Shown: positions 8,941 to 18,629, counted from the first letter of the stretch. The stretch: DNA of 64,000 nucleotides from Gammaproteobacteria bacterium (GCA_965243395.1 CBDEUS010000002.1:160001-224000), one strand, 5' to 3'. The notes: a model not told the origin generated them from the letters alone. Numbers and translations: made by a program.

Positions 8941-8977
8941 AGGTTACTATAATCAACCAGTATACTTTTAGTAACCT
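8941..8977. promoter_or_regulatory. Inverted-repeat operator between divergent ABM operon and HxlR
   Basis: AGGTTACTA...TAGTAACCT. Confidence 0.5.
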
Positions 8978-8988
8978 AATAAGTTTTC

Positions 8989-9345
8989 ATGGAAAGTAGA
9001 GTAAAAACAGATAGTAAAGGCCGTAAAAGTGTCATTGAGCCATGTTTAGAACCATGTCCAATTGAACGTGGTATGCGAATACTTGGAGGCAAATGGAAAG
9101 GATCTATTTTGTGGCATTTGAAAGATGAGCCAGTTCGATTTAATGACCTAACACGAATGTTGGGTGGTGCTAGTAAGAAGATGGTTGATCAGCGGTTGAA
9201 AGAAATGGAAAAGGAAGGATTAATTGTTCGTAAAGTTCTAAGTGAACGCCCGATTGCTGTTACCTACCAAGCGACAGAATTTGGCAAAAGTGCTTTAAGC
9301 ATTCTTGATGGCTTAAAAACTTGGACTGAAGCAAATAATCTCTAA
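8989..9345 (+). CDS. HxlR-family regulator (Cys-containing, probably redox/quinone sensing)
   Basis: CLEPCPIERGMRILGGKWKGSILWHL. Confidence 0.85.
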   Translation: MESRVKTDSKGRKSVIEPCLEPCPIERGMRILGGKWKGSILWHLKDEPVRFNDLTRMLGGASKKMVDQRLKEMEKEGLIVRKVLSERPIAVTYQATEFGKSALSILDGLKTWTEANNL

Positions 9346-9365
9346 AAGACCAAACTTTTCTAGTA

Positions 9366-9395
9366 AATGTCCGCTTTAGATCGTTAGCGGTCAAT
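9366..9395 (+). repeat. 30-bp palindromic cassette-boundary site G
   Basis: AATGTCCGCT TTAGATCGTT AGCGGTCAAT, followed by TTAAACTATGCTCTGCAGAGATGTATTC. Confidence 0.85.
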
Positions 9396-9493
9396 TTAAA
9401 CTATGCTCTGCAGAGATGTATTCATCCAATCAGCTAAATTTAATTAAAGTAAAACAGTGTATTACGCACTGCATGACACCGAATAGACTTCTA

Positions 9494-9510
9494 TCCACCA
9501 TACTTCCACC
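9494..9510. repeat. Paired TCCACC (11-bp period), putative arm-type sites
   Basis: TCCACCATACTTCCACC. Confidence 0.45.
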
Positions 9511-9596
9511 AACTCTCAGCTTTTTTAGCATCAATAATTCTCTTATCTATGAGCTCATGATGCCTAAAACCTGTCATTTCCTGTATTTTAGTCTTT

Positions 9597-10052
9597 ATGA
9601 AAATCTGTTCCAAAAACTTAAAACGAGATCTGTTTGTCCGTCATTATCTAAACCATCTCAACATTAATGAGGCATATAAACGAGCGGGGTTTTCGCCAGA
9701 TGATGCCAATGCAAATCGATATTTCCATCGCAAAGATGTCCAATTAGCATTGGAAGCACATGCTGCTAAGACATTACAGAAACTTGATATCAGTATTGAC
9801 AAAACGATCAAGCATCTTGCTGCTATAGCTTATGGAAACGCTCTAGACGTAATGGAATATGAGACTGGGAAATGGAAGTTTAAAGAACTTCATGAACTCC
9901 CGCCTTGGGTCGCAGTATCGTTAAGAAAGTTTGATAAACAAGATAATAGAATATCTTATTCTTTTGAACCAAAAATTCCAGCTCTTAAACTTTTACTTAA
10001 GTACCTTGAACTAAGAAAATTACTAAACAGACAGTCACAAGTCGGAAATTGA
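9597..10052 (+). CDS. Phage terminase small subunit-like protein
   Basis: FVRHYL..LNINEAYKRAGFS resembles the TerS N-A-xx-A-x-RAGYS HTH; C-terminal KIPALKLL resembles the TerS K..ALELL. Confidence 0.6.
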   Translation: MKICSKNLKRDLFVRHYLNHLNINEAYKRAGFSPDDANANRYFHRKDVQLALEAHAAKTLQKLDISIDKTIKHLAAIAYGNALDVMEYETGKWKFKELHELPPWVAVSLRKFDKQDNRISYSFEPKIPALKLLLKYLELRKLLNRQSQVGN

Positions 10053-10088
10053 AATTTAGCTATGTTCTTATTAAACAACCAAATCTTT

Positions 10089-10706
10089 CTAGTTTGAAAT
10101 TTCATTTATCGCATCTGCAATTTCTTGACTTAACTCTGCAAGGGCTTCACTTTCAGCAACAACTATTGCGTCATAATTATCCGCAGCTGGTATTTTTGAA
10201 ATCTTTGACCTCTTTCTCATTATTTCCTTTCTTCCACGATCAGTTAATAGTGACCAACGAGCCTCAATTGTTGCCTCTTCACCAATTACGCTATCAAATC
10301 TGGTGACATCAATTGCGACTTGATAATCAATAGGTACAAATCGATTCCATGGGTATGTATTTATTTTTTCTGTACCTAGTAAAGTTGCGAAATTGTCGCT
10401 AAGCACTCTAGATACATTGTTATTCAATGACTCTGCCCAACGATGGAACTCATCAATGACGAGTTCATTCCCACCGTTTTTTGTGACAATCTGGGGTCGA
10501 TTAACATAGTCAGGTAATTTAATTGGACCGATACCAATCGAAAGTGTATCCCCGCTAAGACTATTTGGAATGTTATCAACCTCTGCAAGTGAAGTAAGTA
10601 CATAAAATTTTGTTGGCTTACTTGAGCATCCACTAACACTTAACGCAATTAAAGTTAGTGTGACACATGCAATCTTTGTTAATTTAAAAATATTTTTAGT
10701 ATTCAC
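10089..10706 (-). CDS. pqiC: PqiC-like lipoprotein (ABC transport auxiliary)
   Basis: Lipobox VSGC, LPDYVNRPQIV, HRWAESL. Confidence 0.85.
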   Translation of the reverse strand: MNTKNIFKLTKIACVTLTLIALSVSGCSSKPTKFYVLTSLAEVDNIPNSLSGDTLSIGIGPIKLPDYVNRPQIVTKNGGNELVIDEFHRWAESLNNNVSRVLSDNFATLLGTEKINTYPWNRFVPIDYQVAIDVTRFDSVIGEEATIEARWSLLTDRGRKEIMRKRSKISKIPAADNYDAIVVAESEALAELSQEIADAINEISN

Positions 10707-10717
10707 ATTGTCCTCTC

Positions 10718-12313
10718 TTATTTTTTACCAGCTATAAGTGCTTCTGGATGTCGTTCTAAATAGTTTGTTAATACACGGATTGACTGAGCCATCTCTTTAA
10801 ATTCAACCATCATGTTGGCTAAGTCATATTGAAGAGCTGAATCAGGTGCGACTATTCCATCTACCGATTCAAGTGTTTGTGTAGCTTGCACTAATGTTTC
10901 GTTGGTAGAGTGAATAATATTTTTCATATCCGGGTCATTAATCAAATGATTCATGCCTTGGGTTGTTTCAAGTAAATTTTGCCCAATTTCATCAAGTGGT
11001 AGATTTTGGAAGTTTCTAGCCACTTTCGTAATCATTTCTTCAATTTCTGCTATTGTAGTTGGTATTGTTGGTAACTCTGGATGGGCATGTTCGATTCTTG
11101 CCAGCTTCATCTCTGCATTTGGGTGAAACTCCAAATCAACAAACAATTGACCTGTTAGCATACTGCCTGTTTGCAATTGTGCCTTCAGACCGCGCTCAAC
11201 AAGAGCACCAATAACATCTTCATCACTTCTTTCTACAAGTTGTTTGCCGTTGATGTATGGGATTCGCTCTGGTTCTAACTCTACTGTTACAGGAATGTAT
11301 ATTTCTAGTGATTCCGGATCCTCCATGATATGAATATCTGTTACCTCACCTAACTTAATACCACGAAATTCAACTGGAGCACCAACACTCAAACCACGAA
11401 CTGAGCCACTAAAAAACATTACATAAGGAATTTTTTCATCGTATTGGATTTCATTTGTTTCTCCATAACGGTCATACAATCTAAATGTTGAATTTGCTTC
11501 TGCTAGCTTTACTTGTTGAGTTGTACCGCTGAGCGTATCAAACGCAATTCCCCCAGCTAGGATGGATTGCAATGAACCTGTTTTCACGTCAATGCCATTG
11601 GCATCCACTTGCATTTCAAAACCACTGACATTCCAAAATCTTGAGTTTGTTCTTACTAAATTATGAAATGGAGCTTCAATAAAAGCATGCAGCTTTATTT
11701 GTTCTGTATCAGGCAAAAAGTCGTAACCAAGAATTTCTCCAGCATGTATCCCTCGATAATAAATTGGTGCACCTGGATGAAGTGAACCAAGCTCATCAGC
11801 TATGACGATAAATTCTCGACCATCAACATCGGCTTTTACAATGGGTGGTTCTTTTAGACCAACAAAATTTTCGACTGCTGCACCATCACCAGGCTCAACC
11901 TCGATATAAGCTCCCGAGAATAATGTACCTAAACCAGATACTCCTGAGGCACCCACTCTTGGGCGCACTACCCAAAATCGTGTATTTTCATTTAAATGTT
12001 GTTTGGCCTCTTTGCGAAATTTTGCAGTGATTAAAACTTTACTTAAATCGTTATCGAGAACCACATCACTGACAAGTCCAACTTCGACATCTTTATATTT
12101 AATTTTGGTTTTCCCAGCTTCAATACCTGTTGCCTCTTTGAAACTTATCGTTACTGTAGGGCCTTTTTCAGAATAAGCCTTGTAGCCTAGCCATCCAGCA
12201 ATTAGTACTGCAACAATTGGTAACATCCAAACTAATGAAACACCTTTACGTTCTTTCATTTCAACTTCATCAATATCAGAAATTGATTGATCAATTTTAT
12301 TTTTAGATTCCAT
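10718..12313 (-). CDS. pqiB: PqiB MCE-domain intermembrane transport protein
   Basis: Three MCE repeats (TKIKYKDVEVG, APIYYRGIHAG, APVEFRGIKLG); YLERHPEAL C-terminus. Confidence 0.9.
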   Translation of the reverse strand: MESKNKIDQSISDIDEVEMKERKGVSLVWMLPIVAVLIAGWLGYKAYSEKGPTVTISFKEATGIEAGKTKIKYKDVEVGLVSDVVLDNDLSKVLITAKFRKEAKQHLNENTRFWVVRPRVGASGVSGLGTLFSGAYIEVEPGDGAAVENFVGLKEPPIVKADVDGREFIVIADELGSLHPGAPIYYRGIHAGEILGYDFLPDTEQIKLHAFIEAPFHNLVRTNSRFWNVSGFEMQVDANGIDVKTGSLQSILAGGIAFDTLSGTTQQVKLAEANSTFRLYDRYGETNEIQYDEKIPYVMFFSGSVRGLSVGAPVEFRGIKLGEVTDIHIMEDPESLEIYIPVTVELEPERIPYINGKQLVERSDEDVIGALVERGLKAQLQTGSMLTGQLFVDLEFHPNAEMKLARIEHAHPELPTIPTTIAEIEEMITKVARNFQNLPLDEIGQNLLETTQGMNHLINDPDMKNIIHSTNETLVQATQTLESVDGIVAPDSALQYDLANMMVEFKEMAQSIRVLTNYLERHPEALIAGKK

Positions 12314-12319
12314 ATTGGG

Positions 12320-12970
12320 TTACCTCACTTTGTCCCAGATTAAACGTGAATCAAAACTTATTGCTGCCAACATCGTCAGCACCACTACTGCTGCAAACGC
12401 TGTTGCACCTGCACCTGCATATACTTTTGCTACACCTCCTAAATCCACCATTGCTACCAGTATTGAAATCATAAAAACATCAAGCATCGACCAACGACCG
12501 ACAAATTCAATAATGCGATATATTTTAGTTCGATGATGCGGTGTTGCTTGCCAATTGTGTTGTACTGAAATAAGCAGCAATGCAATTCCTAACATTTTCA
12601 AAAAGGGTACTAATAAACTTGCGATGAATACGACTAAAGCTATGGGAAACATCCCGCCATGAAGCAGTGCCACAATGCCACCGACTATAGTATGTGCATC
12701 ACCTTCACCTAATTTTTGCACCTGCATGATTGGCAAGGTGTTTGCAGGTATATACAGAACAATACTGGCAATTAAAAAAGCCCAAGTACGACTGATACTT
12801 TTTGGTAAACGCATATGCAAGGCAGCACCACAACGTGGACATACTAAATGATGTGTATTTTTCACTTGCGACAGTTCAACAAGATTATTACAAATATGGC
12901 AATGCATTAGACCAGCTTGCTTTGCTGTAACAGGAGCACTTTGAGTGTTAGTCATTTTGTTGCTCCTCAA
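12320..12970 (-). CDS. pqiA: PqiA family protein (C-terminal half type)
   Basis: CHIC/CPRC, YIPAN, GRWSMLDVF, FDSRLIWD. Confidence 0.9.
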   Translation of the reverse strand: MRSNKMTNTQSAPVTAKQAGLMHCHICNNLVELSQVKNTHHLVCPRCGAALHMRLPKSISRTWAFLIASIVLYIPANTLPIMQVQKLGEGDAHTIVGGIVALLHGGMFPIALVVFIASLLVPFLKMLGIALLLISVQHNWQATPHHRTKIYRIIEFVGRWSMLDVFMISILVAMVDLGGVAKVYAGAGATAFAAVVVLTMLAAISFDSRLIWDKVR

Positions 12971-13592
12971 TCATCTCCCAATACAACTTTTCATCCATGG
13001 TGGTTGAGATAAATCCTGCAATGAGTAACACACCAATAAAACAATATAGACCCAACTCAGGTATGACATGCGCTAAACCGATTAATTTGGTATAAGCCAC
13101 AATGATGCCTAAGGTATAAACTTCTAGCATGCCCCATTCATCAAGGTGCTGATACCAACGCATACAATTTGCAAGTTTAGGAAAATTTTGTGAAAACTTT
13201 AATCCGGCCGTTATATAAATAACTAATAATAATTTTGTAAGTGGAAAAATTATACTGGCGAGTAAAACTACAAATGATAGTGTCCACATACCATTATTAA
13301 ATAGTCCAATGACACCTGTTAACATGGTCGCACCATGTTCAATACCTAATACTTGCAATCGAAGAATAGGTAATGCATTTGCTGGAATAAATAAAATAAG
13401 TCCAGATAATGCTAATGCTAAACTGCGATCAATGCTGTTCTTTTTAGGCTGATAAAGAACATGACTACAACGAGGACAGAGAGCTTTTTGACCGTATGGG
13501 GCATCTATTTTTCTTAAAAGTAGATCACACTCTCCACATGCAGTTATTGAACGAAGCAATTTAGGATTGTTTATAGAAATTGGCATATTCAT
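12948..13592 (-). CDS. pqiA: PqiA family protein (N-terminal half type)
   Basis: CGECD/CPRC, FIPAN, WGMLEV. Confidence 0.9.
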   Translation of the reverse strand: MNMPISINNPKLLRSITACGECDLLLRKIDAPYGQKALCPRCSHVLYQPKKNSIDRSLALALSGLILFIPANALPILRLQVLGIEHGATMLTGVIGLFNNGMWTLSFVVLLASIIFPLTKLLLVIYITAGLKFSQNFPKLANCMRWYQHLDEWGMLEVYTLGIIVAYTKLIGLAHVIPELGLYCFIGVLLIAGFISTTMDEKLYWEMIEEQQND

Positions 13593-13629
13593 TTTAAGAT
13601 TCTATTACTTATTATTTTCAATAGCGTGT

Positions 13630-16600
13630 TTATGATGATTCTCGTATTAATGAATAGCGAAAGTTTTCAACGAACAATGACATCAATGCAGGTAATACAA
13701 ATAGCGTGATGACACTTCCGACTATCAATCCTGTGGCAAATACGGTGGCTAAACCTTTAAATAGCGGTCCTCCGCCAAACATAAGCGAAGCTAGCCCAGC
13801 TACAGTAGTAGCAGTGGTCATAAAGATCGGCATCATGCGTGTTTGACTAGCAGTGGTTAAACAATTTCTAAAACCCTCACGCGTTAATCCACAAAACGAT
13901 TGTTCACCTGCAGGCGCTAAGTCTTGTTTGTTTTCCAATTTTTCTTTAATAAGTTGTTCGGTGTAGTCAATCAATAAGATCGCTGCATTTAATACCGTGC
14001 CAAACAGTGCGAGAAAACCTAGTGTCTCCATAAAGCCGAGAGAAATGTCTCGCATCCATAATCCAAGCAATCCCCCTATAATGGAGAGAGGTACGGTAAG
14101 TAAGATGAGCATTGGTTTAACAGATGAGTTGTATTGCAGTACTAAACACAAAATCACTAACAAAATCCCAATCCCTAAAGACGTTGCATTTTGTCGGTTT
14201 CCATCATCCGCTGCTTCTTGTATGCCTCCATCTTGAATGTGATACCCAATCGGCAACTCCGCTTTAACAGCATCGACTTTTGTTTTCACTTTTTCTAAAA
14301 CTTCACTTGCCAATACACCTGGCTCAGGACGACCTTGCGCCCAAAAAGAACGTTCACGCTGAAAGCGTGTTAATACAGTAGGTGTTTGTTGGATTGAGAA
14401 TTCTGCAACAGAATTCAACGGTACTTTTTGATCGTAGCCTTCAACGAATGCTGCATTTACCGTATGTATGGATTGACGTTGTTCCTCAGGTAAGCGTAGC
14501 TTCACAGGAATTTCACGATCGCCCTCTCGAAATCGCGTCAATTCAAGGCCGCTGTAATAAGTATTTAACGTACTTGCAACCGTTTCGTTGGTTACACCTG
14601 CTAAATTTGCATGTATGGGATTAACATCTACATCGAGCTGCACACCATATGCACCCCAGCTATCATGCACGTCCCATGCTAATCCACTTTCGCGCATAAT
14701 ATCCTTAACTTCCTCGCCATAGTGGCGCAAAATTTCTTCGTCTGCTAATCGAGGCCCATTTATTCGATATTGAATAGGTGAAGTAACAGGTGTACCAAGG
14801 ACTAATCGATGTGGAATAACTCGAGCACCCACTACAGGTGCGATGTATCTTTCATCTTCAACATTTCCAATGCCTGTCCAAGTAGCACGACGTATATCTG
14901 CAACAAATTGTTTGACGTTATTTGCATCCGTCGTATTAATTACAATATTGGCATAGTGTGGTGCATCATTGAGTGGATTAAGACTGGCATAAAATCTTGG
15001 CCCACCGCTACCCACATAACTCGCCATGTTGCTTAACCTAGGTTGTGAGTTTCCATCTTTATCAATAAGAGGTTTCCATTGCCCATCTTCCCAAGAAACG
15101 GTACTTAACTTTTGTACTATTTCTTCAACTTGTTTTGTTGTTTCATTTGTTAAATGAATTGATGCAGTTTCGGGTAACCAGACATCAACTATAAATTGAT
15201 TGCGTGCAGAATAAGGAAAGAAAGAAGACTTTATTGGCAACATAAATGAACCAAAAAGTAATGCAAATGCAGTCCCTATAGTTATTACACGCAAGCTGAT
15301 TGTTTTATTACTAAGTGGTGCAAACCATCCTTGTTTCGTAGATTTTGTTTGTGTTGCAATTTGAGATGGAGAAATTCCGAGCTTTTCACGTATCGATTTG
15401 AATAGTTCTACAACTGGCATTCCACCTTTAGTGGGTTTTAGAATGTAATAATTCAAAATTGGAGCAATCGTCATTGCACAAAGCCAGCTCACTAACAGAG
15501 TAATAGTTACTACAACCGGCAAACTAAATACATATTCTCGTGTGCTTCCGGTTAAGGCAAAGGTCATTGGTATGAATACGCTGATTGTAGTAAGCGTTGA
15601 CCATAACAATGATGTACCTACAGAATTACAGCCTTCAATTACTGCATCTTTACGCTTAAGGCCTTTATTTAAAAAACTAGTGGTATTCTCACAAGTGACG
15701 ATAGCGTTATCGACGAGTAATCCTAAGGCAACTATCAAAGCAGCCAATGAAATTTGTTCGATCTCTACATTCCAAATTCTCATTAATGCAACAGAAGTAA
15801 GCATAATAAGCGGAATGGTTGCGGCCGTTACAAGTGCAACACGTAACCCCGCCATAAAACCTAGTATTAATAATACAAGTACAATTGCTTGTATTAAATT
15901 ACTCAATACGCCTTGGACTTTCTCTGCAACATAAAGTGGAGGATTGGATACCTTTTCAACATGAATATCGGGAGGTAAGAAAGTTTGATTTGCCGTGGCA
16001 AGAATTTCATCAACAGCATCACCAAATACCGAAATATTTTGGCCCGGTTTCATAGTGAATGAAAGAACAATAGCTGACGTAGTTATATCTGTATCACCAT
16101 ATCGAACTATCGATGGAGGTGGATCTTGATATTCACGCTCTACTCGTAGCTTGAGGTTATCCAACTTAACCGGTACATCAAATGATGTAAGAGCATCTGA
16201 GTCCGACGCAAGAGATGGATAATTACTAGCGGATTCATTTGATAATGAAACCGCGCCCGAATCCGTTGATACTCTACCAACAACTACATTATTAATTTCT
16301 TTTTCAGCATCAAAATTTCCAGTTAGATGTGTATTGATTCGATAACGATCTGTATTAAGTACACCTCCGGGAGCAACAATATTTCGCTCACTTAAAACTT
16401 TTTGTAATTCATCACTCGTAATTTGTAATTGACTCCATGTCCCCGCATCCGTTTCCAAATATATAACTTCAGGTTGAACACCAAATAAATTTAGCTTCGC
16501 AAGCAATGATGGTTTATCAGAGATTGGCACTGTGCGTCCGTCAGCATCTTTAACTGTTGGACGAATATCCATTAAACGATCTCGTAGACGTTTGGCAAAG

Positions 16601-17085
16601 TCCTCTAGTTGTCGCGGTGAGTAAGACTGTTCTTCTGCAGTTTTAGGATCTTGATACAGCGCAAGAATTAAAGCAGCTGTATCACCAAAATTATCATCAA
16701 CTGCAGGTGGATATGCTCCATTTGGTAACTCAGGAATGAGAAGCTCAAGATCTGCACGGAGTTTAGTCCATACTTTTTGAATATCGGTCACATCATCCGT
16801 TGCAGTAACTTGAACGACTGAACGCCCTGCGTAACTCCAAGATTGGACTCGTCTTGTAAATTTTATATCTGCTGCAACTTTCTCAACCTTATCTGTAATT
16901 AGATTTTCAACCTGCGCAGCAGTAGCACCCGGCCAATCTGTTATCACGAGTGCATCTCGAATAATAAATGTAGGATTTTCTGCACGTGGCGCTGTGAAGA
17001 AAGTATTAACACCCCATAACAACAATAGAAGTGCCAGCCCCAAAACTATTGGCTTATGTTCAAGTGCGTACTTAGGTAAATTCAT
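13630..17085 (-). CDS. RND efflux permease (AcrB/HAE1 family)
   Basis: LGLLVDNAIV, RMMPIFMTT; 12-TM layout. Confidence 0.9.
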   Translation of the reverse strand: MNLPKYALEHKPIVLGLALLLLLWGVNTFFTAPRAENPTFIIRDALVITDWPGATAAQVENLITDKVEKVAADIKFTRRVQSWSYAGRSVVQVTATDDVTDIQKVWTKLRADLELLIPELPNGAYPPAVDDNFGDTAALILALYQDPKTAEEQSYSPRQLEDFAKRLRDRLMDIRPTVKDADGRTVPISDKPSLLAKLNLFGVQPEVIYLETDAGTWSQLQITSDELQKVLSERNIVAPGGVLNTDRYRINTHLTGNFDAEKEINNVVVGRVSTDSGAVSLSNESASNYPSLASDSDALTSFDVPVKLDNLKLRVEREYQDPPPSIVRYGDTDITTSAIVLSFTMKPGQNISVFGDAVDEILATANQTFLPPDIHVEKVSNPPLYVAEKVQGVLSNLIQAIVLVLLILGFMAGLRVALVTAATIPLIMLTSVALMRIWNVEIEQISLAALIVALGLLVDNAIVTCENTTSFLNKGLKRKDAVIEGCNSVGTSLLWSTLTTISVFIPMTFALTGSTREYVFSLPVVVTITLLVSWLCAMTIAPILNYYILKPTKGGMPVVELFKSIREKLGISPSQIATQTKSTKQGWFAPLSNKTISLRVITIGTAFALLFGSFMLPIKSSFFPYSARNQFIVDVWLPETASIHLTNETTKQVEEIVQKLSTVSWEDGQWKPLIDKDGNSQPRLSNMASYVGSGGPRFYASLNPLNDAPHYANIVINTTDANNVKQFVADIRRATWTGIGNVEDERYIAPVVGARVIPHRLVLGTPVTSPIQYRINGPRLADEEILRHYGEEVKDIMRESGLAWDVHDSWGAYGVQLDVDVNPIHANLAGVTNETVASTLNTYYSGLELTRFREGDREIPVKLRLPEEQRQSIHTVNAAFVEGYDQKVPLNSVAEFSIQQTPTVLTRFQRERSFWAQGRPEPGVLASEVLEKVKTKVDAVKAELPIGYHIQDGGIQEAADDGNRQNATSLGIGILLVILCLVLQYNSSVKPMLILLTVPLSIIGGLLGLWMRDISLGFMETLGFLALFGTVLNAAILLIDYTEQLIKEKLENKQDLAPAGEQSFCGLTREGFRNCLTTASQTRMMPIFMTTATTVAGLASLMFGGGPLFKGLATVFATGLIVGSVITLFVLPALMSLFVENFRYSLIRESS

Positions 17086-18629
17086 AATGTCACCTCTGCA
17101 CTTTTAAATGCATTCACTAGATCGCCGTTTTGCACATATTGTGCTCCATCAACGATTAGTTTCATTCCTTCCTTTATTGCCTGCTTTTGTGAAGGAATGA
17201 CTTCAATGAGTGTGCCGAAATTTTTCCCCGCTTTTACATCTATTACTTGTGCGTGTTGCCCTTTCTCCTGTACGTCTTCAACAACAAAAATCCGATGATT
17301 ATTAGCTTGTTTAATAAGCGATTGAGCAGGAACATAAAATCCTTCATTTAATTTTTGGTGGGATAAATCGACGTTGGCAATTTGGCCAGGTCGCAACAAC
17401 CAGCGTTCTCTAGACAAAGCTACACTTTGCTCATTTACTATATCTCGAGATAACTTTCCGACTAATAAATCCTCTTTTGGATTTAGTTTGCCAAAATCTG
17501 CCACTTCACGATAAGTAAATATTTGCATGAATGGGTAACTTTTCTCACCAAGAACTATCCTAACTTTGCTCACTTTAAATACTGGGTTAAAGCTCCCTGA
17601 CAAGTCTGAAATTTTGAGACCTTCAGCCTTCCATACATAATGACCAGACTCATCTTCATGAATACTTTCTTCATTAATGTAATACGACGCTTTGCCGTTC
17701 CCGTTTATTGACTCAAGATTTTGTAGTGAATAAGTTCTTGCAATATCTTGTTTAGCGATCTCTTCAGGTATTCCCACCTCAAGTCGACGATTCCGGACTA
17801 AAAGTGTCACGACAAATGTCCGCGTTACTGAATCGGCAACAGGTGCCTTATTCCATACCCATCCCTGTAATGGATGCTCTTCTCCATCAATATAAACTTT
17901 AGCTAAGTCGTTATAGTTCAGCTGACTTTCAACTTCCGGTGATACTGCAACTGCTACTTTAATAGGGTCCATCATTTGTACGGTCACTACTGGCTCACCA
18001 CGTTCCACATACCCGCCCGGGATGACATGCGCTTTCGCTATCTCGCCACTAAATGGAGCACGCAATGCCGTATCAGACGAATTAAGTTCAGCCTCTCTTA
18101 ATTGATCTTCTGCAGAACGAAGTTGTGCTTGAGAAGTACGAAGAGCTGCTAAAGCGTCATCGACATACTGTTGCGCACCCGCCCCCTTACTTAAGAGATT
18201 TTTTTGTCGCTTATACGATTGCAGTGACTGCCTATATGAAGCTCTAATTTCTTGGATATTCGCTTTAGATTCATCAACACGAATTTGATAACGTTTATCT
18301 TGCAAACTTGCAATTAGTGTCCCTGCCTTTATTACTTGCCCATCTTTATCAAACATACTTCCTTGCACAATGGTTCCTGGTTCTTGCACAAACTGAACTC
18401 GCCCATTGACATCAAATCCTACAGGCTCTTTTTTCCATGCGACTACGGAACCTGCAATAAGCGTTTCATATGTTGGATTGACTTTTTTAAGTTCTACATA
18501 GGATACAGGCCTTGGAATAGGTGCCTTTGCTTGTTTTTTATCAGATTGACAACCGATTAAGATGAAACTTAGTGCAACACTAATTATTATGATTACTAAA
18601 AAAGCATTTTTAATATTTAATATGTTCAT
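17082..18629 (-). CDS. RND periplasmic adaptor (MFP) with internal insertion
   Basis: Lipobox, lipoyl/hairpin domains, RAPFSG, LRPGQ; 515 aa. Confidence 0.85.
   Translation of the reverse strand: MNILNIKNAFLVIIIISVALSFILIGCQSDKKQAKAPIPRPVSYVELKKVNPTYETLIAGSVVAWKKEPVGFDVNGRVQFVQEPGTIVQGSMFDKDGQVIKAGTLIASLQDKRYQIRVDESKANIQEIRASYRQSLQSYKRQKNLLSKGAGAQQYVDDALAALRTSQAQLRSAEDQLREAELNSSDTALRAPFSGEIAKAHVIPGGYVERGEPVVTVQMMDPIKVAVAVSPEVESQLNYNDLAKVYIDGEEHPLQGWVWNKAPVADSVTRTFVVTLLVRNRRLEVGIPEEIAKQDIARTYSLQNLESINGNGKASYYINEESIHEDESGHYVWKAEGLKISDLSGSFNPVFKVSKVRIVLGEKSYPFMQIFTYREVADFGKLNPKEDLLVGKLSRDIVNEQSVALSRERWLLRPGQIANVDLSHQKLNEGFYVPAQSLIKQANNHRIFVVEDVQEKGQHAQVIDVKAGKNFGTLIEVIPSQKQAIKEGMKLIVDGAQYVQNGDLVNAFKSAEVTL

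Noticed and set aside
2423-9395. Classical integron (attC array) or CRISPR
   Set aside because: Sites are only 30 bp, lack RYYYAAC/GTTRRRY ends and alternate in orientation. Spacing is gene-sized and irregular, and there are no intI or cas genes.
2423-9395. The sites are simply intrinsic terminators
   Set aside because: There are no consistent U-tracts, the loop length and sequence are conserved, and several sites lie at gene 5' ends. Incidental termination is still possible.
12320-13592. Frameshifted pqiA
   Set aside because: Each half has its own start and Zn-finger; split pqiA is common outside enterobacteria
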